In this document: positions 45,319-55,088 of the stretch, one piece after another
Position numbering within the stretch: the first letter of the stretch is position 1
Layout: the number at the start of each line of letters is the position of its first letter
Sequence record: OQ708376.1
Length of the DNA stretch: 64,000 nucleotides
Reading direction: 5' to 3' (one strand)
The notes under the pieces: generated by a model
Told to the model about the DNA's origin: nothing
Seen by the model: only the letters and a program-made list of their open reading frames with translations
The model's database searches: none
Translations under genes and position numbers: made by a program

Positions 45319-45747
45319 GTGAATGCAATGAGTTATTTGTTTACTTTAATTGATAAGTATGTTGACATTGTATACCGTCAAGTTTGTAGTGATACGTTTG
45401 AAACAAAAAACCCAATTAGAGATGGCATTTTTGATGTTGTCGTTGGATCATTTTTGAATGGATACACCGAGACATTATACAACAGTAATAATATTTTTAT
45501 TTCAGTTCAATCCAGACATACATCAGACTATGCTGTTAGCATTGATATTTGGGAAAATAATATAGAAATAGATATAACGGAACATACTAACATTCATGTT
45601 GATGATACATTTAATCAATTAACTGAAGAAATGTACTTGCAGTTGAATTTTGTACATAATCTTACAAATATCAGTTATGATACATTAAGGAAAATATGTT
45701 TTCTTAGTGGGGTGATCCGTAGTAATATGAGTAAGGATGGGAAGTGA
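45319..45747 (+). CDS. EExxFQ-family protein
   Basis: TEEMYLQLNFVHNL. Confidence 0.7.
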   Translation: MNAMSYLFTLIDKYVDIVYRQVCSDTFETKNPIRDGIFDVVVGSFLNGYTETLYNSNNIFISVQSRHTSDYAVSIDIWENNIEIDITEHTNIHVDDTFNQLTEEMYLQLNFVHNLTNISYDTLRKICFLSGVIRSNMSKDGK

Positions 45748-46165
45748 AATGTTAAAAATTCCACCTAAGTCGTTAACACATCTTATTGAATGTGGTGTAA
45801 TATTTTCCGAAGGTGATACCTCATCATACACATTGGTCGATGAGCCTTATAATTTTTCATACCAATCTTATAAAAATAATTCTAAAATTTCTTGTAGATA
45901 TGCTGAAAACATATTAATAGATGTTTCGTTACATAATGTTCCGAAATTTTACATTGATATCTTTGGTGATTCTTTGACAATTCGAACATATGATTATTTT
46001 ATTAATAAAGACCTCTTGAGTCTTCCAATTGAACATGATACTATAGATTCAGAGATGTTCTTTCAACTATCAACAGTTTACGATTTACAGGGTTTAACTG
46101 TTGAGCAGTTGAATGGAATATTTGAGATTTCACGAAACATACGAAGCAGGAATAAAAATGTCTAA
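45737..46165 (+). CDS. EExxFQ-family protein
   Basis: DSEMFFQLSTVYDLQGLTVEQL. Confidence 0.75.
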   Translation: MGSEMLKIPPKSLTHLIECGVIFSEGDTSSYTLVDEPYNFSYQSYKNNSKISCRYAENILIDVSLHNVPKFYIDIFGDSLTIRTYDYFINKDLLSLPIEHDTIDSEMFFQLSTVYDLQGLTVEQLNGIFEISRNIRSRNKNV

Positions 46166-46568
46166 TATTTTAAATGAAAAAACAGTTGATGTTGTTATTG
46201 GTGTTCTTAACACCGCAACTTCATTTCAGAAGAAACACAGTGTTGTATACTTTGGTGAAGATTGTTGGCTGAACTATACTAATAATTCGTTTATAATTCG
46301 TGTAGAGGCTGATGATATTGGATTAACCGTTCAGGTAGGATGTGCCAAAACTGACAAACAAATCACTGTCATTGTTGATAAACTTACGTCTTCTTTTTAT
46401 GATAGTATAGATGATTGTGAACACTATAGTTCAACATTTTATGATACAGAAGAAGAACATTTTATGGAAAGTACTGTTCAAGAGTTAGCTATTCCATATA
46501 AGCTAATGAAAGCAGTGAGTGATTTAATTTTAAAATATAAAAAAATAGGAGTTACTAATGCAATTTAA
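46158..46568 (+). CDS. EExxFQ-family protein
   Basis: TEEEHFMESTVQEL; start at ATG 46158 after AGGA. Confidence 0.75.
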   Translation: MSNILNEKTVDVVIGVLNTATSFQKKHSVVYFGEDCWLNYTNNSFIIRVEADDIGLTVQVGCAKTDKQITVIVDKLTSSFYDSIDDCEHYSSTFYDTEEEHFMESTVQELAIPYKLMKAVSDLILKYKKIGVTNAI

Positions 46569-47004
46569 TGGTAAAGTTTCCAAAGTAGGTTTGGTTTTTG
46601 AAAACTGTGAATTTGTTGATATTGATGTAAAGAATGTTTTATGGATGCATATTGCTGATGAGAAGACTCTTTGTAGCCGTTTTTCAAACGGTCTGACAAT
46701 TAGTACTGTTATCGGTGAGTTCGGTATTGCATTACGCAGCAATACACCATCGGATTTCATGGACAACTCTACACTGTTAGACCGTTTAAAAATGCGTGAC
46801 GTTACACACGTTTATCTATATGATACTAACGGTGTTGAACAGCGTTATGTAGTTGAATGGGCTAATTATAACCTTAGTGATCAATATTCAGTAAACCAGC
46901 GTGTTCAAATCACCCCTGGTGGTAATATTGTGTTTGTTAGTTCAACTGGTAAATTAATCAGTGTAGATGATAAAAACATTGACCTATTCACAGCATATAA
47001 CTAA
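46558..47004 (+). CDS. hypothetical protein
   Basis: AGGAG RBS. Confidence 0.75.
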   Translation: MQFNGKVSKVGLVFENCEFVDIDVKNVLWMHIADEKTLCSRFSNGLTISTVIGEFGIALRSNTPSDFMDNSTLLDRLKMRDVTHVYLYDTNGVEQRYVVEWANYNLSDQYSVNQRVQITPGGNIVFVSSTGKLISVDDKNIDLFTAYN

Positions 47005-47015
47005 TACGAGCTTCC

Positions 47016-47435
47016 ATGAAAACAATCAAAATTCATTTCAAAGACACTTGGACAGAAGTAAGTACTGGTAATATTCAGGATATTTTATATAGTACTGAAA
47101 CTATTCATGTTTATGATGAAGAGACTGCTTCCGAGCAGTTAAAAGTTTTGCATCGTAGTGTTGGTGTGCACACTGAATATGGCATTAAACATACTCGTGA
47201 ATTACTTAATACTAATCACATTGAAACCCGTAAAGCAAACTTATCAAAAGAAGAAATGTTCGATTTCATCCTGAACCATAAAGTTCATATTGAGCCTGAT
47301 GGGTCTATATGGGAGAACACTGCTGGACAAAAAGTGCTGAAAAAATATCATGTTTCAATTGATAATGTAAAAATGTCAGGGTATGATTTGGAAGATGCAA
47401 TTAATGAATATGTATCTAGGCAGAGGGCAAATTGA
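47016..47435 (+). CDS. hypothetical protein
   Basis: ORF in operon. Confidence 0.7.
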   Translation: MKTIKIHFKDTWTEVSTGNIQDILYSTETIHVYDEETASEQLKVLHRSVGVHTEYGIKHTRELLNTNHIETRKANLSKEEMFDFILNHKVHIEPDGSIWENTAGQKVLKKYHVSIDNVKMSGYDLEDAINEYVSRQRAN

Positions 47436-47806
47436 TGAGCTTGATAACATTTACAATTATTTGTTGCATTACTATTGTACTTTGTCGCCTGATTCATGTA
47501 TACTCATATCATAAAGCGTTGCGAATCGAACAAGAGATTTACAACGAAAACCGAGAACCAGAACCAGTCAAGAAGCCACCATCACCTTATGGGTTGAAAC
47601 GTGAGATGCATTCTCAAAGTAAAAAGTGGGGTTATGCAATTACTAAAAATGGCTACATCTATACTGCAAGTAATGGTTATTTTCAAATTCACCACGAATT
47701 AGAAGTGGCAGTTCAAATTTTGTGGGAGATGGAGGACATTGGTGGTTATGAGCGTACTAAGTTTGAATTCATATCAAATGATCCAGGAACTTCACGAGAA
47801 ACATGA
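47432..47806 (+). CDS. membrane-anchored hypothetical protein
   Basis: N-terminal TM. Confidence 0.7.
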   Translation: MMSLITFTIICCITIVLCRLIHVYSYHKALRIEQEIYNENREPEPVKKPPSPYGLKREMHSQSKKWGYAITKNGYIYTASNGYFQIHHELEVAVQILWEMEDIGGYERTKFEFISNDPGTSRET

Positions 47807-47951
47807 TATAATTGTTGATGTGGAGAAGAAGGAAGTCGTTATGAAAAAGCAAGCATATAGAATTTTAGAAGACTTCCATCTAAAAGCATTTATAATGAAG
47901 TTCTGTACAGATGAACATCTTACCGGACGAGTAATACGTAAGGAGTTGTAA
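47739..47951 (+). CDS. possible small protein (start uncertain, perhaps ATG 47841)
   Basis: fills gap; overlaps upstream gene. Confidence 0.4.
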   Translation: MVVMSVLSLNSYQMIQELHEKHDIIVDVEKKEVVMKKQAYRILEDFHLKAFIMKFCTDEHLTGRVIRKEL

Positions 47952-48293
47952 ATGAACTTAAGTTCAACAATTCAGTACTTGAGCAGTAACTTCGAGAAAA
48001 TTATTTCTCGCGGTGGGATGATTGTACACCCAGAAACAGAGGAAATGTACATCATTGGATTTGATAAAAATTCTTATGATCAAGTACTTGTAATTTCCAA
48101 GTTAGAAAGTTATAATGAAGTTGTTCAGTTTTGCTGTACCGAATTTGGTATCTATATTAAAGACGCTGAAACTAATACAATTTCGCATTATTTTTACCAC
48201 ACACTGATGGGTACTAAAGACTTCGGCTTGAAGTTCGATGATTTAGTACAATGTCACTATATGTTTAAAACCTTCCCAGCTAGTGGGCATTAA
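47952..48293 (+). CDS. hypothetical protein
   Basis: AAGGAG RBS. Confidence 0.75.
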   Translation: MNLSSTIQYLSSNFEKIISRGGMIVHPETEEMYIIGFDKNSYDQVLVISKLESYNEVVQFCCTEFGIYIKDAETNTISHYFYHTLMGTKDFGLKFDDLVQCHYMFKTFPASGH

Positions 48294-48306
48294 GGAGTAT
48301 ATCAAT

Positions 48307-49095
48307 ATGAGCAACATTTTCTTCAAAACTATTTCTTTCAAAAAAGCATCTTACTCCTACGCCTACGTTGATGGTAAAGTGCTTAATATTGTACTGGATG
48401 GTGTTGACGTACCAGTTGAATTTAAAACACATGAAGAAGCAGTTGAAGGTGCTAAAGAATTGAATTCAATTCTTAATGGTGAAGTAAGTCAAAAACAACA
48501 TGTAAAATCTGATTTAGATGTACTTTTGGAAAAAATCAAAACTGGTGAAGTATTAGAAATTTTAGACAACTGTAATGAAAAACTTCGTAATGTAGTTAAT
48601 AATGTTCGTGACCAGATTCAAGAAAAAGCACTAGAGCAAGCATTCAAACATGTATCCAAGAATGCTGAATCTCGTATTGACGGTATGGTTAAAAATCTTG
48701 ATGATGTACTATCTCATCTCTTTACTAAAGAATACGAACAAGAAGTTGAAGAAGAACCAGTAAAAGAAACTAAAAAAGAAAAACGTAGCTTTGGCTCAGG
48801 TGATGATGTGTTTGGTTTTACGAATGTCCGAACAAGTGCAGATGAACCAAAAGAAATTAGTGAGATGCTCATTGGTGACATGACAACTAAGCAGCTTCGT
48901 AATGAAATTGACAAGTTTGTAACTAGTTGTATCAAATCAGAACGTGCACAAAGTATGTTTAAAAGCATTAGTGAGAACTTTGGTCCAGAAGCAACTGAGC
49001 AGGCACTAACTGCATTTAAAGAATTGATTTATAATGTAGCCATTAGCAATCCAGATAAAACACTTGAAGAAGTTCTACGTGACAATTTCAAATAA
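48307..49095 (+). CDS. hypothetical helical protein
   Basis: AAGGAG then ATG 48307. Confidence 0.8.
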   Translation: MSNIFFKTISFKKASYSYAYVDGKVLNIVLDGVDVPVEFKTHEEAVEGAKELNSILNGEVSQKQHVKSDLDVLLEKIKTGEVLEILDNCNEKLRNVVNNVRDQIQEKALEQAFKHVSKNAESRIDGMVKNLDDVLSHLFTKEYEQEVEEEPVKETKKEKRSFGSGDDVFGFTNVRTSADEPKEISEMLIGDMTTKQLRNEIDKFVTSCIKSERAQSMFKSISENFGPEATEQALTAFKELIYNVAISNPDKTLEEVLRDNFK

Positions 49096-49107
49096 TTAGA
49101 TAAAATT

Positions 49108-49137
49108 AAAGCCACTACAATGTAGTGGCTTTTTTTA
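49108..49137. terminator. bidirectional terminator between convergent genes
   Basis: AAAGCCACTA-CAATG-TAGTGGCTTTTTTT. Confidence 0.85.
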
Positions 49138-50292
49138 TTATGCGTTGTAACCAACTATTACGACTGAGCAGTCAAGCGGTTCTACTACTTTAAGAATTAC
49201 ATTATCATCTTCATCCACTTGTATTTCACTATGAACTACATGATTGTCTGAAGAATATAATTGAACTTGTGGTAGTGCTTTACCATGTTCAGTTACTGGA
49301 ACTGAGATAGAGTACATAGAGTCTTCACCGAGAACCCACTCACTTAAAGTATATTCTTTATGGAAAGGAGTAGTATGCAGTGTTTTTCCGATTATACTCA
49401 AAGAAACAGGTAAATTATCAGTTTGATACACAGTAATATTACCTTCTGCGTCTACAGAAAGATCTACACCAACTTGATATAAGTCACCACTGTATGCTTG
49501 AAGTGCTAAGTACTGTCCACGATCATGAACATCAAATGGAACAACCGCAGAAAATACACCTTCCGAAACAGGTTCAAATTGGGATAGAAGAACTGATGTA
49601 ACAAAATCAATATCCTCACCACTTTCAAGAACATCAAATTCCACCACTTTAGTGTTATAATATGGAGAAGTGAGCGTAGCAGTACCTTTCCCTGATTGTG
49701 TGATAACATCAACTGGAATTGTAAATGCATCATTAACAAATTGGGTAGTAAAGTATTCTGTCCCGTCTGGTAATACGATTGTTATTACCATACCGTTAGT
49801 ATCAATTTCTGAACCAGTGTTGAATAATTTACCACTAATTGAGTCATTACCAACAAATACTGGTGAAATGAGAATATTATCTATATCACGATCTATAATA
49901 CCACATTCAGGTGTATACATATGATACAAGGTTTGTGAACTACCTAAAATTGTTTTATGTAGCATAAATTTATATACAAATCCAGTATCAGTTTCTTGTG
50001 GCTCTTCAGAATATCCACGAACAAAGAAACAATTTTTATTAATTTCACTTAATAGTTGGTCATTAGTTTTATTGTAATTTAATAGATAACCTTTATTATC
50101 TTTAGTTGTTATTTGTACTTTACGATATATTATATTAGTTCTTGGATCAACTAAATCATATAATCTATGGCTTCTTTGGCGATAGATTCTAATATTTTTT
50201 AGTCTAGTTCCATCGTTGAGGATTGCACCATCAACAACATAACCACATTCACCAAACTTATAGCGTCCAGCCGCAGCAATTGACCTTGACAT
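49138..50292 (-). CDS. putative virion/tail-fibre-associated protein (Ig-like domain plus two C-terminal repeats)
   Basis: GGAGGGA RBS and ATAAATA late motif (50324-50330) on -; repeats S.VP..H...Q.YS...VD..(G/D)N. Confidence 0.75.
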   Translation of the reverse strand: MSRSIAAAGRYKFGECGYVVDGAILNDGTRLKNIRIYRQRSHRLYDLVDPRTNIIYRKVQITTKDNKGYLLNYNKTNDQLLSEINKNCFFVRGYSEEPQETDTGFVYKFMLHKTILGSSQTLYHMYTPECGIIDRDIDNILISPVFVGNDSISGKLFNTGSEIDTNGMVITIVLPDGTEYFTTQFVNDAFTIPVDVITQSGKGTATLTSPYYNTKVVEFDVLESGEDIDFVTSVLLSQFEPVSEGVFSAVVPFDVHDRGQYLALQAYSGDLYQVGVDLSVDAEGNITVYQTDNLPVSLSIIGKTLHTTPFHKEYTLSEWVLGEDSMYSISVPVTEHGKALPQVQLYSSDNHVVHSEIQVDEDDNVILKVVEPLDCSVVIVGYNA

Positions 50293-50352
50293 TTATCCCT
50301 CCATTGGTATAATTATTATAACGTATTTATTATGCATATCCAAAAAATGAGC

Positions 50353-50381
50353 TTGACTGGTGTATGATTTGGTGTTATCAT
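50353..50381 (+). promoter_or_regulatory. sigma70-like promoter
   Basis: TTGACT-17-TATCAT. Confidence 0.65.
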
Positions 50382-50408
50382 GTAGTGAATGAATAATGAG
50401 GTGTTTTT

Positions 50409-50993
50409 ATGAATGTTATTGATAATAGATTAGTACTGAAAAATGGAAAAATGACTGTTAAGTTATATAAAGATGAAGCTGATTCTTTTATGGCAAAAGC
50501 GATTGAAAAATCAGAACGATATAAACTTTTGGCTCCAGCAAGTAAATCGCCATATGGTTTTAATCATGCACATAGTCATTTTGTTGGTATGGTGTGTGAG
50601 CACGCATCTTTAGTACTTTTTAATGAAATTGAAAACAATACTGGTATTAAACTTAATATCGATCCAGCATTCCAAAATGAAGCACGTGACGGTGAATGTG
50701 ATATTAAGGTAAACAACCTTCGTATTGAAGTAAAAGGTATCAAGTATAAATCATGGACTGACTTTGGACCATGTGTTAGTACTCGACAGTTAAAAAATAT
50801 CCAGAAAAAAGCTGACGTAATACTATGGGTATTGTATAATGAGAAAAAACAAGAGTTCACGTTTGAGGGATTCAACTATGTAAAAGATATTAGTTCTATC
50901 CCAGTTATCCTCACTGGTGTACCAGGGCGACCAATGATTGAAAATCACCCAGTACTCGGTATTATGAAACCACTACAGGAGTTACCATTGTGA
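50409..50993 (+). CDS. putative PD-(D/E)XK nuclease
   Basis: GMVCE...DGECDIKVNNLRIEVKG. Confidence 0.6.
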   Translation: MNVIDNRLVLKNGKMTVKLYKDEADSFMAKAIEKSERYKLLAPASKSPYGFNHAHSHFVGMVCEHASLVLFNEIENNTGIKLNIDPAFQNEARDGECDIKVNNLRIEVKGIKYKSWTDFGPCVSTRQLKNIQKKADVILWVLYNEKKQEFTFEGFNYVKDISSIPVILTGVPGRPMIENHPVLGIMKPLQELPL

Positions 50994-51217
50994 TTACTGC
51001 AACTGTATATCAAGATATCAATGAAGAATTTCATTCTAAAATTGCGTTCTTATCATTTCCTGTACTCCCAGCAGTTGGGTCAACGTTGAATCTTACCATT
51101 TGTGGTTTTGAGAAATATTATAAAGTACTAGATATTGAGTACTGTGCTGATGTATATTCATGTAATAGTGAAATTGCAATTCCAGTATCAATCGATATTA
51201 TTGTAAAAGAGGTTTGA
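50990..51217 (+). CDS. hypothetical protein
   Basis: GTGA coupling with GGAG. Confidence 0.65.
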   Translation: MITATVYQDINEEFHSKIAFLSFPVLPAVGSTLNLTICGFEKYYKVLDIEYCADVYSCNSEIAIPVSIDIIVKEV

Positions 51218-51675
51218 TTATGTTTAAGAATTTTATGGTTATCGTAGCAGTACTGTTTGGTACATCATGTTTCATTTCCCCAGTACACGCAGAAGAACAA
51301 CGTCAAACTATTAAAACTATTGGGACTGGTAAAACTCCCCCTAAACGTACTGCTGAAGAATACATGCCTGAAATGCGTGAACGTTATCGTCAGACATACA
51401 GGGAAAAACATGCTAATGATAAACCCATCAAGAAGCATAAATGGGAAGTTGTTAAATCTCCTTCATTTTGTGCTGGATATGCTAAAGTAAAGATTGAGCA
51501 GCACAAAAACCAGTACTATAAAGATATGTATTCCTTCTATGACTCCAGAATTTCTGACACAGATATGATGGCAGGGAAGGTTGATAAAGAAGAATTTCTA
51601 CAAGGCTATGATATGATGGACGATGACAAAATCATGGAATGCGTTGAAGTGTATGAAAAATACAGAGGCTTCTGA
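51214..51675 (+). CDS. putative exported protein
   Basis: signal-peptide-like N-terminus ending SPVHA. Confidence 0.7.
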   Translation: MIMFKNFMVIVAVLFGTSCFISPVHAEEQRQTIKTIGTGKTPPKRTAEEYMPEMRERYRQTYREKHANDKPIKKHKWEVVKSPSFCAGYAKVKIEQHKNQYYKDMYSFYDSRISDTDMMAGKVDKEEFLQGYDMMDDDKIMECVEVYEKYRGF

Positions 51676-52151
51676 TGTTAACAATAGTGTTGTTGGTTAG
51701 TCCATTTGTGTATTTTGTGCTGTATAATATTTTTAGTAATGCTAATCATTTTAAATATGCACAAACAATTGCAAAGCATGAAGGTTTTTGGAATTTTTTC
51801 CCAGCATTACTATGCTCATATCTATACCATGAACGCTATTTCATTTTTCCTGAATATAAAAATTATGGTTATGATTCTAAAGTAAATGGTATAATTGAGT
51901 ACTGTATAAGAAATTATATTAATAATAATGATAACGTCCAAGTAAGAATAGGAAATGGTAATATATCAAGAATAGTTTTCATACCTGATATACAAGACCC
52001 AATATACTTATATCCATATGATTATAGTATTAGTGTAGGTTGTTCGATACATGGTAGTAAATCTATGTACGATTATTTTATCTTACCACCAACACAAATT
52101 AGATTAATAGAAAAATATTTGAGGGAAAAGTTTGACAACAAAGATTCTTAG
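51675..52151 (+). CDS. membrane-anchored hypothetical protein
   Basis: N-terminal TM; TGATG coupling. Confidence 0.65.
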   Translation: MLTIVLLVSPFVYFVLYNIFSNANHFKYAQTIAKHEGFWNFFPALLCSYLYHERYFIFPEYKNYGYDSKVNGIIEYCIRNYINNNDNVQVRIGNGNISRIVFIPDIQDPIYLYPYDYSISVGCSIHGSKSMYDYFILPPTQIRLIEKYLREKFDNKDS

Positions 52152-52160
52152 TATTATAAT
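52132..52160 (+). promoter_or_regulatory. sigma70 promoter
   Basis: TTGACA-17-TATAAT. Confidence 0.8.
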
Positions 52161-52192
52161 TAACACACCAAGTAACCCAAGGGGGATGGAAA

Positions 52193-52651
52193 ATGGATGT
52201 ATTAGCTACAAATTTCAAACGTAACACAGAAGAGCGTGAAGGTTATTTGAGTATTAGTGAAGTTGTCGATGACAATTTTAAACAATACATTTTTAATAGT
52301 GCAATTAAATTAAAATGCACAAAAGATTCACCTGATCGTAGCTTTACTAAATGGATTGCGTATTGGGAAGATTCACCAGTTGCAATTGAAATGACTGTGA
52401 TTACAACAGTACTTGAAACAGGTTACATCAAAGCCATTATAGTTGATAAGAAAGTCCGTACTCTTGATGAAATTAATCCATATCCAGCCCGAAATTCTAA
52501 AGTTTTTGGTGTGTTGGTTGATGGTAAATTTATGATAGAAAAAGATGCAAAGGAATATGTAATTAATAAACTTCAAACTACATCAGAAAAAAAGGAAGTA
52601 GTGGACCAAAACTCTGTTGATGCAATCAAAAAAGCATGGGGACTAAAGTAA
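52193..52651 (+). CDS. hypothetical protein
   Basis: AAGGGGG RBS. Confidence 0.75.
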   Translation: MDVLATNFKRNTEEREGYLSISEVVDDNFKQYIFNSAIKLKCTKDSPDRSFTKWIAYWEDSPVAIEMTVITTVLETGYIKAIIVDKKVRTLDEINPYPARNSKVFGVLVDGKFMIEKDAKEYVINKLQTTSEKKEVVDQNSVDAIKKAWGLK

Positions 52652-52652
52652 T

Positions 52653-53075
52653 ATGTTCACACTAAGTAATGCAAAATATCTTTTTCTTATTAGTATTATT
52701 GGTTGGGTTATGGCTCCAGTGCTAAATGCACTGGGGTTTTCCGATGAACATAAACTTTTAAATGTTTCAGGTTTAATTCAGGGTATTTCATGGTATACAT
52801 TAATTATATTTTCAGTGTGCATCAATACATTTGCCCGTGATTATCGACGTTTGTTATATCTGAAAGTATTTGGAACTACACGATATAGTTTTGTTTACAC
52901 TTTCATTTTAGTACCGTGTATGTTATATGCATTTGTATTTGATTACTATACATATCTATGGGTATGTGGAACTATGTTTGTTATGTTGGAATACATCAGA
53001 ACTGTTCAAAACTCATATGCCGATGAGTTTCATGATCTAGAAGTTAAACGAAAATTAACGGAGCTAAACAAATGA
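52653..53075 (+). CDS. multi-pass membrane protein
   Basis: about 4 hydrophobic segments. Confidence 0.75.
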   Translation: MFTLSNAKYLFLISIIGWVMAPVLNALGFSDEHKLLNVSGLIQGISWYTLIIFSVCINTFARDYRRLLYLKVFGTTRYSFVYTFILVPCMLYAFVFDYYTYLWVCGTMFVMLEYIRTVQNSYADEFHDLEVKRKLTELNK

Positions 53076-53497
53076 GAGGCTATAATAAGATTTGTATTTT
53101 TGTATTTTTAGTTTGTGCATTCAATTCGTTTGGTTACTACTGTACAGAAAATAATATTTCATATGGTTTAAATCCTTTGTGGTTTACAATTTCCAATGTA
53201 GCACAAATTGGTATTGCTCTTATGTCTGCACTTATGTTCTGTCCAATTGTCACTATGGATACTGATCATGAAAGGCTTGGATTTCTCCGTGATACTGGAG
53301 ACGAACCTTACAGTAGATTGATTGTGTTGTATCCATTTATTGTTATTTTAGGTACTAACATCCAACTTGGGTCATTATCTAATAGTGTTACATCAGCAGC
53401 TATTGCTATATTTGCATTCACATTTTTTATGGTACACAAATCAGTACTTAATTGGTATATCACAAAAATGGCAGAAGAAGGTACTAAAAATACTTGA
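53072..53497 (+). CDS. multi-pass membrane protein
   Basis: about 4 hydrophobic segments. Confidence 0.75.
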   Translation: MRGYNKICIFVFLVCAFNSFGYYCTENNISYGLNPLWFTISNVAQIGIALMSALMFCPIVTMDTDHERLGFLRDTGDEPYSRLIVLYPFIVILGTNIQLGSLSNSVTSAAIAIFAFTFFMVHKSVLNWYITKMAEEGTKNT

Positions 53498-53522
53498 CAT
53501 AATTTAGTATGTTATATATAAT
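53494..53522 (+). promoter_or_regulatory. sigma70 promoter
   Basis: TTGACA-17-TATAAT. Confidence 0.8.
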
Positions 53523-53556
53523 TATTTTGTTAAAAACAAATTAGAGTAAGGAACTT

Positions 53557-53808
53557 ATGAACATCGATAAGGTCAAAGAACTTAGTGCTGCACTAATTAA
53601 GAATGAAGAAGTTTGTGAAGAACTTCGCAGTACTATCAAAGTTGAGTACGCACGACTCCAAGGTATGCTTCAAGAATCAGAATGGGTAGTAACTAAATCT
53701 ATCGAAGCAATCTATAAGGATATCGAATCCCTTTTCAACAAGAAAAGTAAGATTGAATCTGATTCATATAACAAACGTAAAGAGTTATCTACTGCACTTG
53801 GTATCTAA
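53557..53808 (+). CDS. hypothetical coiled-coil protein
   Basis: TAAGGA RBS. Confidence 0.75.
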   Translation: MNIDKVKELSAALIKNEEVCEELRSTIKVEYARLQGMLQESEWVVTKSIEAIYKDIESLFNKKSKIESDSYNKRKELSTALGI

Positions 53809-53814
53809 AAGTAT

Positions 53815-53850
53815 TTGACATAACAAATAATATGGAGTACAATGTGCTCC
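53815..53850 (+). promoter_or_regulatory. sigma70 promoter with hairpin across the -10
   Basis: TTGACA-17-TACAAT; GGAGTAC-AAT-GTGCTCC. Confidence 0.75.
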
Positions 53851-53882
53851 TAATTTAATTATCAGCTAAAAAGGAAAACATT

Positions 53883-54143
53883 ATGAAATCTATTCTCGTT
53901 GCAGTTAACCTGGTTGCTTCCCCATCTTTCAACTTCAAACAAGTTGTTGCTGATAATCTGAAGAAGATCTGTCCAAACGCTGAATTGACTTTCTGTGTAT
54001 TTGATTCAGAAAAAGTAACTAAAGTTGATCTAAACTATCTTTTGAACGAAGTACAAAGCGTTTCTGGTGAAAGTAACTTAAAAGTTCTTCATGAGATTGC
54101 AGAAGATTATGATGACACTCTAGTAATTTCGGAGAAATTCTAA
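53883..54143 (+). CDS. hypothetical protein
   Basis: AAGGA RBS. Confidence 0.75.
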   Translation: MKSILVAVNLVASPSFNFKQVVADNLKKICPNAELTFCVFDSEKVTKVDLNYLLNEVQSVSGESNLKVLHEIAEDYDDTLVISEKF

Positions 54144-54148
54144 ATCAA

Positions 54149-54568
54149 ATGATTACATTCATTCAGTACTTAATCATTAAATTTTTTGGCTATTATACGA
54201 TTGAGGGCAAAGCTACGCTTGCACATAAAATCTTTGTAGCATTATGTACGGGTGATTATGACGTATTGAATAAGTACTGTAAATCTAAAGAATGTATTGA
54301 TATAATGGCACTTCGTATCTATGAGTGCCGATCCAATAGATACAATTTTTACCAGTACAGATTTGATAAAGAAGAATTTGATAGCATCAAAATGCTAAAG
54401 AATTTATGTAACAATAAAAAGAATATGCATATATCAGAATTTGTTGCTTTGTATTTTTATTTAAAAAGTTCATTGTATATGAACACGATGCAAAGATTCG
54501 ATACTAGAATTAATGTATTCACCGATAAAGAATTTTATATATACGATAAATTCTTAGATAAGGTTTAA
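54149..54568 (+). CDS. hypothetical protein
   Basis: GGAG RBS. Confidence 0.7.
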   Translation: MITFIQYLIIKFFGYYTIEGKATLAHKIFVALCTGDYDVLNKYCKSKECIDIMALRIYECRSNRYNFYQYRFDKEEFDSIKMLKNLCNNKKNMHISEFVALYFYLKSSLYMNTMQRFDTRINVFTDKEFYIYDKFLDKV

Positions 54569-54569
54569 T

Positions 54570-55067
54570 ATGACAACTGTTTATATTGATAAACGATTAA
54601 ATTTATTGATTACCGATTCTAGAGTTACGTCAACTATACCACGAAACTTATTTGGTTTTTTCCCACTAAGACCAAAATATCAATATGGAGTTGTTAATCA
54701 AAAAACTTTATATGTACATGACCGTTTATTCAGTGCTAGTGGGTCAGTAAGTGAAATTGATAAAGTACTGGATTGGTTAATTAATAAAGTACCAGTTATA
54801 CCTGACAGAAAGTTAAGTTGCCATTGTGTGCTTCTTTCTAAAGATTATGTTATTCATATGATTTTAACTAAAGGAAAGTTTATTAAAAAACTTGAATATC
54901 TACATGAAGACTACACTTTCTTTATGGGAAGTGGTGGAGAATACATGGTAGATGCTGCTATTCATGAAGAACATACAACTTTATATGATAAAGTGTTTAG
55001 TACTTTCATGGATGTGCATAACCATGATTGCTTCACAGATGATAATATTAATGTATATCGATTTTGA
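54570..55067 (+). CDS. HslV/proteasome-beta-like Ntn peptidase
   Basis: N-terminal (M)TT, ITDSRVT, SASGS, FMGSGG. Confidence 0.65.
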   Translation: MTTVYIDKRLNLLITDSRVTSTIPRNLFGFFPLRPKYQYGVVNQKTLYVHDRLFSASGSVSEIDKVLDWLINKVPVIPDRKLSCHCVLLSKDYVIHMILTKGKFIKKLEYLHEDYTFFMGSGGEYMVDAAIHEEHTTLYDKVFSTFMDVHNHDCFTDDNINVYRF

Positions 55068-55088
55068 TTTCGTCATTAGGAGATGTAA

